A DNA stretch of 64,000 bases from Candidatus Woykebacteria bacterium RBG_13_40_15. Its GTDB lineage: Bacteria; Patescibacteriota; Microgenomatia; Woykebacterales; RBG-16-39-9b. The stretch is taken from positions 78,428 to 142,427 of the forward strand of contig MHCP01000025.1 of the NCBI GenBank assembly GCA_001816655.1. The letters run 5' to 3'. This document shows, in pieces, positions 55,112-64,000 of the stretch. The first letter of the stretch is position 1; each line of letters starts with the position of its first letter. The notes beneath the pieces are model-generated. The model was given only the letters and a program-made list of their open reading frames with translations. It was not told where the DNA came from and did no database searches. The position numbers and the translations under genes were made by a program.

Positions 55112-55891
55112 TTAAAACTTAATGTCCTTTGCAATAGGAATATGAAGGCCGCCTGTAACTGGAAGAACGGCTCCAATAATATAACGAGCTTTTTTATGGT
55201 CTGCTAAAAATAAGCAGGCGTTGGCAATGTCCTGCGGTAATCCAGCCTTTTTGCCGAGTGGGACATCTCCCTGCCTTCTTGGTTTCTTCTCCGCCTCAAC
55301 ATCAATGTGCCCTGGAGCGATCGCATTGACACGAATTTTTCTCTTAGCAAGTTCTAGTGCTAAATTCATTACTAAATTATTTATCGCCGCCTTACTACTA
55401 TCGTAAGTTGGATCCAAAGAAGGGTGTTTAGCATGGATTGATGTAATAAAAATAACATTCCCCCCCTCCCTCATTTTTTCGGTAACTTTCTGCGTAAGGA
55501 AAAAGGGGCCTTTTAGCCCAGTGGAAAAAACAAAATCAAAATCTGCCTCTTTTGTGTGAGGAAATTTTCTAACCAACCCAACTCCAACATTATTCACCAA
55601 AATATCTATATTTCCAATTTCAGCTTTTACCTTTTTCAAGAAAGAGTCTATTTTGTTTATTCTTGTAATATCAAAAACCTCAGCCAATAACTTTTTACCA
55701 GTATGAATTTTTTTAATCTCCTCTAAAACCTCTGTTACTTTTTCCTTATCTTTATCAAAAAACACAACATCAGCACCACTCTTTGCAAAGGCAATTGCTA
55801 TTTCTTTCCCAATACCCTTTCCAGCACCGCTTATTAAAATATTTTTGTTTTTAAAAATTTGTTCCATAACAGCCTTTGGGGGAAAATTCAA
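55112..55891 (-). CDS. SDR-family oxidoreductase (FabG-like)
   Basis: GAGKGIGKEIA, NNVG and YDSSKAA (YxxxK) motifs. Confidence 0.8.
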   Translation of the reverse strand: MNFPPKAVMEQIFKNKNILISGAGKGIGKEIAIAFAKSGADVVFFDKDKEKVTEVLEEIKKIHTGKKLLAEVFDITRINKIDSFLKKVKAEIGNIDILVNNVGVGLVRKFPHTKEADFDFVFSTGLKGPFFLTQKVTEKMREGGNVIFITSIHAKHPSLDPTYDSSKAAINNLVMNLALELAKRKIRVNAIAPGHIDVEAEKKPRRQGDVPLGKKAGLPQDIANACLFLADHKKARYIIGAVLPVTGGLHIPIAKDIKF

Positions 55892-55899
55892 AAGGTAAA

Positions 55900-56562
55900 T
55901 TACTTCTTTAATTCCGAGTCGATTATTTCCTTGAACTGATCAAAAGATAACGCTCCTTCGTGTTTTACTCCATTTATAAAGAATGTAGGTGTGGCCGCAA
56001 CTCCTAGCTTTTCCCCATCAGAAACATCCATTAAAACTGCGTCTTTACTTGTTTTAGACTCCATAGCTTTTTCGAATTCATCGATATTAAGATCTAACTC
56101 TTTAGCATAAGAAATAAGAGACTCTCGATCTAGTTTTGTTTGATTTTCGTAAATAAGTCCACAATAATCCCAATATTTTCCTTGCTTACCCGCTGCTTCT
56201 GCGGCTACCGCAGCGTCAATCGAGTATTGATTACCACCTAAAGGAAAGTTCCGAAAGACAAAACGGACTTGGCTTTCTTCATAGGAATCCAAAACTTGGC
56301 TTATAACTGAATAGACTCTAGCACAATGCGAGCATTGAAAATCTGAAAACTCTACAATTGTCACCTTTGCATCTTTTGCACCCAATATGTGGCTGCTTCC
56401 TCTTACTAATAATTCTGTATTTGATTCAGATCTACTATTTTTATTGGCTGAAGATAAAAACAAAAATCCCAATACTACTATAATTGCTACTAGGAACAGT
56501 CCGCCAAAGAACATTTTGTCTGATTCAAGTATTTTTCGCATAAAAGTAATCCCGCAAAACAA
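55900..56562 (-). CDS. DsbA-family thiol:disulfide oxidoreductase (membrane-anchored)
   Basis: Thioredoxin CxxC FQCSHCAR, with an N-terminal TM. Confidence 0.75.
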   Translation of the reverse strand: MFCGITFMRKILESDKMFFGGLFLVAIIVVLGFLFLSSANKNSRSESNTELLVRGSSHILGAKDAKVTIVEFSDFQCSHCARVYSVISQVLDSYEESQVRFVFRNFPLGGNQYSIDAAVAAEAAGKQGKYWDYCGLIYENQTKLDRESLISYAKELDLNIDEFEKAMESKTSKDAVLMDVSDGEKLGVAATPTFFINGVKHEGALSFDQFKEIIDSELKK

Positions 56563-56944
56563 TAATAAATATCAGTGTACTTATAGCCGCTGAAGCCAAG
56601 CACCAATCGCAATAAGCTTTAATAACAAAGGCTTCTAGTAGTGTTAAATATACTGAGTACAAAAAACCAAATGCCGAAACCACTATTATAAGCCTTTTTA
56701 GCAAAATTGTAAAAAATTTATCGAGTATTTGTAGGGCTAAAGATAAAAATATCAACATGAGATAAAAAATAATACCAAATAAGGGTTGCGGTACGCCAAA
56801 CAAGTTAGCATAGCTACTACTTCTCACTGCATCACAACCATGAGTTGTACACGCAATACTAGAACCGGACAAATAAGTCCAGGCTAAATATGTGGAAACC
56901 GCAAGTCCTGCGGCTGATAAAAGCAAAATCACTTTTTTTGACAT
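56525..56944 (-). CDS. vitamin K epoxide reductase (VKOR) family protein
   Basis: Four to five TM helices with Cys pairs C..C(HGC) and CDWC. It is adjacent to DsbA, the usual Dsb–VKOR arrangement in bacteria lacking DsbB. Confidence 0.7.
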   Translation of the reverse strand: MSKKVILLLSAAGLAVSTYLAWTYLSGSSIACTTHGCDAVRSSSYANLFGVPQPLFGIIFYLMLIFLSLALQILDKFFTILLKRLIIVVSAFGFLYSVYLTLLEAFVIKAYCDWCLASAAISTLIFIIVLRDYFYAKNT

Positions 56945-57044
56945 AAATTTTGCGTTAAGTTTACAATAGAGCGCGCGCCTGGTCAATATGATCAGGGGCA
57001 AGACTCTCGAAGAAGTCTTGCCCCTCGTTCTGGCAATTGATCCC

Positions 57045-58112
57045 TTAACTCAACCCTCCTATCGCAACTCCCCGGAAGCTTATCCGATAACCCTCACTAA
57101 CAGCTTTGAGGAACGGAAGGTTTTCTGGCGTAACGGCCGCCATCAAACCCCCATTGACAATTTGGCCTGGGGTAAACGCAGCGATTGTTCCCTGCCGACC
57201 TCGTTGGGCGAAGGTACTCACTGCAAGTCTCATCGCTCGGGCATCACGACCTATGTACATTAGCTGGGAACGGTCGCATACCCTACCCTTGCCATTGACC
57301 ATTACCGACAGGCCCTGGTCGGCGAGAAGCTCAACACACTTCACATCGGTCTGACTGTCCCCAACATAGACCGCCCTTTCTCTTGGTATATCGCAATTGC
57401 GAAGATGCCTCTCCAACGCATCCCTCTTCTGCGCCTGGCCTACTGGATGAACGGCTGTCAGGAAGTGATGACCAACCTGCGTACCATATACTTCCCGCCA
57501 AACGATTTCCTTCAGCCGCTCCGCGTACTGACGACTGTCCTCATACACGCACCCTTCCTTATCGAATTCGACGAGCGGCATACTAGCGACTTCCTTCATC
57601 AGGGCCAAAAGGTGTTTCTGATGCCCAATTGGCACGGACACCCTCTCAAAGTCACCAACAACCGTACAGGTAGCACGGTCGAAGGGAAAGCCGACGGCGT
57701 CGCAGAAGGCTCTGACGAAGAAGTCGTAGCTTGTTGAGATCAACCCCGTTTTGTAAGCTCCGTTGAGGAATCGAAGAACTTCCCCAGTGTGTGGAACAAC
57801 TCGCAGACTTCGGCGTGAGAAACCGTAGAGCCAACTGTCCCCAACACCTGCTACCGCCACCATTGCCCTTAAGAATGGAAGGATTACCTTCAGGGTATGG
57901 CCCGCAGAGTAGGTTCGGTCTATATCAGCGACAAGTGCGAAATCCCCCCAAAGATCATCGATGTTACTGATTGCCTCAAAGAACTTCCGCCCAACCGCTG
58001 CCCCCAATCCACAGAGCCTTGCCAAGGCCACTGTCAGTTCGAAGGCGTTATCGTTTCGAACTAGAGGTCCTTCGACATCAAGATCAACAGCTATTTTATT
58101 TGTAGGCTGCAT
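57045..58112 (-). CDS. hypothetical protein with HAD-like motifs, GC-rich segment
   Basis: VDLDVEGPL fits motif I (DxDx[TV]) and YVGDSQTDV fits motif IV (GDxxxD). The other motifs are uncertain. Confidence 0.3.
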   Translation of the reverse strand: MQPTNKIAVDLDVEGPLVRNDNAFELTVALARLCGLGAAVGRKFFEAISNIDDLWGDFALVADIDRTYSAGHTLKVILPFLRAMVAVAGVGDSWLYGFSRRSLRVVPHTGEVLRFLNGAYKTGLISTSYDFFVRAFCDAVGFPFDRATCTVVGDFERVSVPIGHQKHLLALMKEVASMPLVEFDKEGCVYEDSRQYAERLKEIVWREVYGTQVGHHFLTAVHPVGQAQKRDALERHLRNCDIPRERAVYVGDSQTDVKCVELLADQGLSVMVNGKGRVCDRSQLMYIGRDARAMRLAVSTFAQRGRQGTIAAFTPGQIVNGGLMAAVTPENLPFLKAVSEGYRISFRGVAIGGLS

Positions 58113-58237
58113 TCCTTCCCTCCTCGTAACGATATATTTCTCGCCTCCTGATGTAATGTACTAAGGAAATAAATAATACGTTCGCTATCCCACTCTTTCC
58201 AAAATAATTTGTAATTCCAAATCGCCAAGAAATAATT

Positions 58238-59530
58238 TTATTGCTTTAGTGGTTCTGGGGGAACTGTTACTATTCGATTTTTCCTCATCTTATAACAACT
58301 AAAGCCTGCTGCACCAATAGCCAATAGTGCCAGTAGGCCAAGGAGAGAATAGAAGTAAAAATTGCTTTTTACTAAGACAAGGGTTCCACTTATAGTAGCC
58401 GAAGCAGTCGCTCCATTTAAGGAAAGTGCATTAACTACTATGTAATTGAGCCCTTCTACCAAATCAAGCTTAGTTTCAAATTGTCCAGAAACTGTTGAAA
58501 CTTTTATTTTACCCAAATTTCGATTATTTAATTTTGCCGAAACAGAAGCTGTTGGATCGCTAACCACCCCTTTTAAGGTAATTTGTTTATCATGCACCTC
58601 AAAGTTATTTGAAGGTTCGGTTACACTAACTGACGGTGCCGCTTTAAAAACGGAAAAATGAGTCACATCAAAGGTAAGGGTACCTTTTGCGTACTTAATG
58701 TTTGAAACGATACTTTTATCTTCCTTGCCATTGACCAAAACTCGCGGGGTCGCTATCCAAGGTAGGCCTTTCATAGTTACCGACGCTTTTTTGTTTAGCT
58801 CTGGCAAGGAACTTGAATTTAAATCAACTATAGCAGTCGTCCCCAGCCTAACGTACTCGTCAAGCTTTTTAAATTTTTCCTTTACTTCTTTCGAAGAAAG
58901 ATTCACCGGTTCTTTAAACTTCAGTGTTGCTTTTTTCGTATCAAGTATCAAACCCTCTACTTTGGTGGTGTCGCTAATTTTCTTCAAATCGGTTGTTTGA
59001 CTTCCCGCCTCATGAAAGACAGCAGGCAAAGTAATATCTTTTATTGTTTCGGGAGGGGGTGGGACATATTTTGATAAATAAACTGTCGGTATTTCACCCT
59101 GATAATGGCTTATTGAAACAGTTTTTGTCTGGTAACCGCTTTTGGAAATAATAACCTGCATCGACGCTGCTTCTTGGCAGCTAATCATATAAAAACTGCC
59201 AGTATCAGTGAAAAAGTAGTCTGACCCAGAGTCGCCGCAGTGGAATGAAGCTTTATTAACGACTTCGGCAGTTGCCCCATTGATATAGGACTCATTCGTA
59301 GTCCCAGGTAACACTGCTCCCAAAACAGCTTCCTTCAAATGAAATTTATAATGGTAATTTTGGACTGTCGCGGTCAAGACATTACCTTGCAGAAGCTGAG
59401 CAAAATTTGTGTTTCTGTTTGCCTCTTCCTTATCAGATTTTGATCTGAGTGTTAAGAAATCCAAAACAACAAAAGCAAGGAGCAAAAGTGAAAGTAGAAA
59501 AATAATCCGAGCAGTCCTTATACTCATCAA
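58238..59530 (-). CDS. hypothetical surface protein with N- and C-terminal TM segments
   Basis: A 430-aa protein with hydrophobic termini and a Ser/Thr/Val-rich beta-like middle. Confidence 0.45.
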   Translation of the reverse strand: MMSIRTARIIFLLSLLLLAFVVLDFLTLRSKSDKEEANRNTNFAQLLQGNVLTATVQNYHYKFHLKEAVLGAVLPGTTNESYINGATAEVVNKASFHCGDSGSDYFFTDTGSFYMISCQEAASMQVIISKSGYQTKTVSISHYQGEIPTVYLSKYVPPPPETIKDITLPAVFHEAGSQTTDLKKISDTTKVEGLILDTKKATLKFKEPVNLSSKEVKEKFKKLDEYVRLGTTAIVDLNSSSLPELNKKASVTMKGLPWIATPRVLVNGKEDKSIVSNIKYAKGTLTFDVTHFSVFKAAPSVSVTEPSNNFEVHDKQITLKGVVSDPTASVSAKLNNRNLGKIKVSTVSGQFETKLDLVEGLNYIVVNALSLNGATASATISGTLVLVKSNFYFYSLLGLLALLAIGAAGFSCYKMRKNRIVTVPPEPLKQ

Positions 59531-59593
59531 TAAGATGATAAAGTAACAACAATCTACCTGTCAAGCAAGAAATCTGCTTAATTAAAAGATGAA

Positions 59594-59902
59594 CTAGCCA
59601 TCCGTTCTTTCTAGAATAGTTTTCTTCTTAAATGCTCCTTTTTCGTTTGCTTTTTTCTGTCTTATTAATTCAATTTTTCTTTTATCGATACCTTTTAGGT
59701 CGCAAATCGCGTAGATTATTTCAAGTAAATCTGCCAGTTCTTCAACACTACTATTTCTTTTAAATTCTTCAATTTCCTCTGCTAATTTTTCAATTAGTTT
59801 TTGCTCGAATTCTTTCTTACCCGCTTTGTGGGTAACAGGTTTTAAATTGGATTTTTTAATTATTTCCGGAATTTTGTCTCTTACCAATTTGTTATACTCC
59901 AT
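59594..59902 (-). CDS. MazG-like nucleotide pyrophosphohydrolase family protein
   Basis: LVRDKIPEII...KLAEEIEEF...EELADLLEIIYAICDLKGI is the EE..E / E.ADLL helix pair of the MazG/PRA-PH-like fold. Confidence 0.5.
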   Translation of the reverse strand: MEYNKLVRDKIPEIIKKSNLKPVTHKAGKKEFEQKLIEKLAEEIEEFKRNSSVEELADLLEIIYAICDLKGIDKRKIELIRQKKANEKGAFKKKTILERTDG

Positions 59903-60014
59903 TGCTTGCAGTATAACAGATATTTAACGAAATAAATTGGAGGGGTGGGCAGGTTTGGCACGATCATCCACTCCTCTCCTTCTGGTTTTGCCTAGGTTAT
60001 TATCATAACACTTT

Positions 60015-60296
60015 TCACAGCCTTTGCCCCGCTTCCATCCGCCTCTCCTCTTCTCGACGGTAAGCTGCATCTGCTGCGTACAAACTAGCTGCGGCTGCAG
60101 AAGCGATCACTACTACGGTTACCCCTGCAAACAGCTTCTCCAAATGAAGCCAACCAGCACCAACCACTGCAGCCTCAGCTACGGCCAGTGTAGCGAGCAC
60201 AATGCCAAGCACTAGCATCTGGAGACTCCTACTCTCTCGAACTGCCCAATAAAACTCCCAAAGGAGCCACATCTTCTTATCTCTCCTTTCCGTCAC
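60015..60296 (-). CDS. small membrane protein (93 aa), GC-rich
   Basis: Two hydrophobic helices, Ala-rich. Confidence 0.25.
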   Translation of the reverse strand: MTERRDKKMWLLWEFYWAVRESRSLQMLVLGIVLATLAVAEAAVVGAGWLHLEKLFAGVTVVVIASAAAASLYAADAAYRREEERRMEAGQRL

Positions 60297-60454
60297 CGGA
60301 ACTAGTCATTAACCAATATATCAGACTCGCTATGGAAGAGCATACTATATAAATTAAGTAAAAGAAACTTAACAGAATTTACTGCAATAAATAAATGATT
60401 AAATGAAAAAAGTGTGTACACACCAGGAGTGTACCTTTATGAATTACTGAAGGC

Positions 60455-60952
60455 TTACAGGCCGAAGAATTCGAGTTGATAGCGGGTTCCCTCTTCAATC
60501 AAACGGGATTTGTGAATCTTGACAAGTCTACTCCCCCTTCTAAAAAACTCTTTGATCATCACAAAGTCGCTTGGAATAATTATTTTCTTATTCTTTTTAA
60601 TTTCTTCTAACGTAAACCAGTGCAGCTTCCCTTCATCACCCTCCTTTATTTTTCCGCCCTTTAACTTCGTCTCACAAACAAAAAGTAAAAAATGAGCTTT
60701 CCGCACTTTATCAGCTGAGATAAATTCTTCAACAATCCCTCTCAACGATTCGAAGCTCACTTCGAGCCCTGTTTCTTCTTCGAGTTCTCTTACAATCGCT
60801 TTGTCATAGTCTTCGCCAAATTCGATTTTTCCACCGGCCATACCCCAGTGCTCCACAAAAGGTTCTTTGTTTCTTTTTATTAGAAGGAGTTTGCCACTTT
60901 TAACAATTGCCCCAATAACTACATTTAAAATCTTCGGCTTTTCTGCTTCCAC
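60455..60952 (-). CDS. NUDIX hydrolase
   Basis: Nudix box GGKIEFGEDYDKAIVRELEEETGL (Gx5Ex7REUxEExGU). Confidence 0.8.
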   Translation of the reverse strand: MEAEKPKILNVVIGAIVKSGKLLLIKRNKEPFVEHWGMAGGKIEFGEDYDKAIVRELEEETGLEVSFESLRGIVEEFISADKVRKAHFLLFVCETKLKGGKIKEGDEGKLHWFTLEEIKKNKKIIIPSDFVMIKEFFRRGSRLVKIHKSRLIEEGTRYQLEFFGL

Positions 60953-61442
60953 AGCAGAATTATATCACGAAGTTTAATTTTTGGTGGGTGATCTCCCTCC
61001 TTTCCAAAAGAGTCCCCACAAAGTCTCTAGTAGATCCAGCCTTTACAGTGTGCCCAGTGGAAGATACAGGCAAAAAGACCGATGGCAAAAAAGCCTGCGC
61101 CAAAAGCCGCTACATTCAAGGTTGAGATATCCTCCGATGTCAAATGGAAACATATCGCCAACAGGAACAAGGCAAAGGCAACTAAGACCCCAACGTGTGC
61201 GAGAAAAACTTGCAAGTCTCTCATTTCTATCTCCCCCTTCTGCAAATTAGATTCTGACAGGAAACAATATGCCGGATAAAATCCTAGCGTATTATACACC
61301 AAAACAAAATACGGAGATCTAGAACAAAAAGTAACTTCTATAAGTCTTAAGTTTAGTGTAAAATCATCTCCAATCAAGCAAATGCTTAGCTGGCACACTG
61401 ACAACAAAACACGCCACACCTTTCGAAAGGAAGGGATCTGAT

Positions 61443-62195
61443 ATGGAGAGAGTCGTTATCAACGTCGATGCTATCAAGCAAAGGATCTCCAGATTTGAGC
61501 AACTCGCCCAACAAGCCACCACTAGTGGCGATAGAGACAAAGCATGGCGGCTTAAAAACCAAATTGAGACCTATAGACGAGTGCTGCGCCTACTGGACGA
61601 ACTCAAAAAGGCGGGGCTTGCGCAGCAGTTTGACCAATCATCAATACCACTGCGCAGCCTCTCAAACGCTAAATCAACCTCCTTCCGGCAAAAACCGGAA
61701 CGAAAGAAAACGCATCTCAGGCGAAGACGGAAAACGACTATAAGAATATCCAGTCTCATACTCGGCGAACGCCTACAGGTAATGGAGGCTGCACTTTTTG
61801 GCGAGTACAGAAGCTACCAAGAGCTGGGATCGGTCTTTTGGCCCAACGAACTGGAGTCAAAAGGGCTAAAGTACGTCGCAGGTAAGGCTTCCCAGCTAAT
61901 ACAGCAAGGCTTCTGGAGAATGAGCAGAGTTCTGGAAAACGGAGAGAAGGGATTAGCTCGTCTTGATCTACCAGAGATCGAAAAAGCCTTTTACCAAAGG
62001 GTTCTTCAGGAATACGGACCTGATGCCATCAAGGTAATTTCCAGGGGGCTTGGTATACGAGACCTGGACGGAAAAAGAAAAAGCAGCGATAGCCTACGGC
62101 GACTTCGAGAGGATATTGCCTCAGGTAAAGGGCTGAAGGTTGGAGATCGAATTTCAATTGCGAGCCAGAAGGGAGAGGAGCCGCCGCCTTGGTAG
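61443..62195 (+). CDS. hypothetical protein (250 aa), GC-rich
   Basis: ORF only. A basic patch RRRRK sits mid-protein. Confidence 0.3.
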   Translation: MERVVINVDAIKQRISRFEQLAQQATTSGDRDKAWRLKNQIETYRRVLRLLDELKKAGLAQQFDQSSIPLRSLSNAKSTSFRQKPERKKTHLRRRRKTTIRISSLILGERLQVMEAALFGEYRSYQELGSVFWPNELESKGLKYVAGKASQLIQQGFWRMSRVLENGEKGLARLDLPEIEKAFYQRVLQEYGPDAIKVISRGLGIRDLDGKRKSSDSLRRLREDIASGKGLKVGDRISIASQKGEEPPPW

Positions 62196-62242
62196 GGAAA
62201 CCGACAGGTGGCGTCTCTTTATCTAGAGCACAGATGTTCGGG

Positions 62243-62641
62243 TTATCTCTCCCACTTCTTTACATGAGGAGAAAAATCTACTTGGTACTCTGGTATCCCT
62301 AGGGAAATCCCGTACTTACTGGCCTCGTCATATTGATCTTTGTTTGTCCTATCAATAAAGAAAACTTTATTTGGAAAAATAATGTAGTGGTGGGTTTCAT
62401 TTTTGAAATCAGCGTACCAGGATCCTTCGTGTTTCGTGTCAAGAGATTTGCTAATTTCCCCTGCCACCTCTTTTGCCTGATCGGAAGGCACTTCAACAAG
62501 ATGTAAAGTCCACTGCCCCAACCAAGGAGTCTTGTGCTTTTCAGTCACTTTCTCAACTCTCATCGAAATGATCTTTACCTTTTTGAGAACTTCTTTGTTA
62601 CTTAGAGACTCCTCAATAATATCCCCTTTATAATTACCCAT
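62243..62641 (-). CDS. hypothetical protein (132 aa)
   Basis: ORF with low-GC codon usage and no motif. Confidence 0.4.
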   Translation of the reverse strand: MGNYKGDIIEESLSNKEVLKKVKIISMRVEKVTEKHKTPWLGQWTLHLVEVPSDQAKEVAGEISKSLDTKHEGSWYADFKNETHHYIIFPNKVFFIDRTNKDQYDEASKYGISLGIPEYQVDFSPHVKKWER

Positions 62642-62853
62642 AGCTTGTATCTTACAACAAAAATGATTTTATTAGAATCTAGAAATCTTTTTATCCTGTA
62701 GCCTTTTTAAGTGATATTTACTAAAATTTTCCTTGCATTCTTTTTTGACGCAAATTATTATTGTACCCATTAACCTCCCCACCTATCGCTGTTAGGAATG
62801 GAAAGAGTGAGCAGGGATCAAGCTGATTAAAATCGAAGCAAGGGGAGGGATCA

Positions 62854-63105
62854 ATGGAAACTGCACCAACATTACGGCAAACAGCCCACCTACCACCAGA
62901 TCTCGATCGCTTGTTAAGCGTTAGAGAAGTAGCAAACAAACTAGGCATCGCTCCAATCACAGTACTACGACACATAAGGAGCGGCGACCTGAAAGCGATC
63001 GACTTTGGCACCGAATACTTGATCCACAGTGACGAAGTGGAGAGGTTCAGATCGAAGGGTTACAAGAAGACACGAGGGCGAAGGGCCAAAAGGAGGTTGT
63101 TATGA
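62854..63105 (+). CDS. excisionase/MerR-family helix-turn-helix DNA-binding protein
   Basis: LLSVREVANKLGIAPITVLRHIRSGDLKA matches the excisionase-family HTH (L.v.E.A..LgvS..TvyR.i.sG.L). It has a basic C-terminus and lies in a GC-rich segment. Confidence 0.55.
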   Translation: METAPTLRQTAHLPPDLDRLLSVREVANKLGIAPITVLRHIRSGDLKAIDFGTEYLIHSDEVERFRSKGYKKTRGRRAKRRLL

Positions 63106-63262
63106 CCTCCTATGCAAAGAGATCACCACAAGAAGGGCTTGGCATAAGCTACGCTGAGCCCTTCAAAGTATATTAATTATCAAATTTTGTATCTTATACC
63201 AAAAATGCTAGGATTGCTACTGACTATGAAAATGTATTAACGATGGGTGTTAACCAAACACT

Positions 63263-63940
63263 CTACCCCTTGTCTTTTTCCAAACGTAGTTTACCGTCTT
63301 TCATTTCGACTACTTTATTCGCAAATTCTTTAGCGTAATCAGAGTGCGTCACAATTATCACTGTTTGTTTTTTCTCCCGATTTAAGCTTTTTAATATATC
63401 CAGTATCTCCCTACCGGTCCTGCTGTCCAAATTACCGGTAGGCTCATCAGCTAAAATAATTTCTGGGTCGTTGATGAGGGAGCGGGCCACTGCCACTCTT
63501 TGCTGTTCTCCGCCAGAAAGTAGGCTCGGAAGATGGTTTGCCCGCTCGGAAAGGCCAACTTTTTCCAGTACTTCTAGGGCTTTATTTTTATCGCCCTTAC
63601 CTCTTTTCGCAATCGCTGCTTCTACATTTTGTCGCGCGGTTAGTGTCGGAATTAGATTGAAACTTTGGAAAATAAATCCAAGTTTATGTTGTCTCAGTTC
63701 AGCTAATTTACCATCGCTCAGACGATTTATCTCTTTGTCTTCGATTTTAATTTCTCCACCGGTTGGCTTATCTAAGCAGCCTAGCAACTGAAGGAGTGTA
63801 CTCTTTCCACTTCCCGAGGGGCCAATAATTACTAGAAAATCGCCTTCTTGAACAGAAAGGTTTATCCCATCCACCGCTCTTATAGTTGCCCCACCTTGTT
63901 TATATAATTTTGTTAGATCTTTTAATTCTATTACTGACAT
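63263..63940 (-). CDS. ABC transporter ATP-binding protein (MacB/LolD/FtsE-like)
   Basis: Walker A GPSGSGKST, the ABC signature LSGGEQQRVAVAR and Walker B ILADEPTGNLD. Confidence 0.85.
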   Translation of the reverse strand: MSVIELKDLTKLYKQGGATIRAVDGINLSVQEGDFLVIIGPSGSGKSTLLQLLGCLDKPTGGEIKIEDKEINRLSDGKLAELRQHKLGFIFQSFNLIPTLTARQNVEAAIAKRGKGDKNKALEVLEKVGLSERANHLPSLLSGGEQQRVAVARSLINDPEIILADEPTGNLDSRTGREILDILKSLNREKKQTVIIVTHSDYAKEFANKVVEMKDGKLRLEKDKG

Positions 63941-64000
63941 ATTAAAGTTGCCTCAATGCTTCTTGTGGTTTCATTTTTGATGCTCTAAAGGAAGCGATCA

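Noticed and set aside
1-64000. rRNA genes, transposases, IS elements and integrases
   Set aside because: No 16S/23S/5S signatures and no DDE or tyrosine/serine recombinase motifs were recognised in any frame. The mobility signals here are the repeats, the tRNA-adjacent location and the composition.

Overview
This 64-kb window is from a low-GC bacterial chromosome. The gene content looks like a reduced Patescibacteria/CPR-type genome: short-form YidC, a short UvrC, a DsbA–VKOR pair, an eno–gpmI–acs operon, KorAB, a single Fe/Mn SOD and no respiratory genes.

Core genes I can support from motifs are uvrA, uvrB, uvrC, lexA, lon, pyrD, sodA, secG, yidC, dgkA, rsmI, mntH, korA/korB, eno, gpmI, acs, a PAS histidine kinase with its response regulator, a family-5 ABC substrate-binding protein and an ABC ATPase.

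At least a dozen segments of visibly higher GC (judged by eye, not computed) sit between these low-GC core genes. They encode mostly small proteins I could not assign, many of them hydrophobic.

There are 12 canonical tRNA genes: Phe, Val, Leu-GAG, Leu-TAA, His, Arg-TCG, Gly, Arg-TCT, Lys, Ile-TAT and Asn. There is also one truncated tRNA-Val copy, a degenerate tRNA-derived stretch upstream of tRNA-Arg(TCT), and a GC-rich array of tRNA-like minihelices.

The most unusual region is an accessory island of about 8.7 kb (roughly 8.2–16.9 kb) abutting the 3' end of tRNA-His and an HNH endonuclease gene. It carries four toxin–antitoxin-type modules: a decayed ParE-like remnant, Fic, HicB–HicA and Phd–RelE. 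It also carries a GC-rich run of four small membrane proteins plus three unknown ORFs, and it is partitioned by two unrelated dispersed repeat families. One repeat family shares a conserved 5' end that resembles the 3' end of tRNA-His. This looks like serial, att-like accretion of cassettes.

I found no rRNA, no CRISPR array, and no recombinase or transposase gene in the window. All calls rest on reading the sequence and on family motifs; no database search was run.
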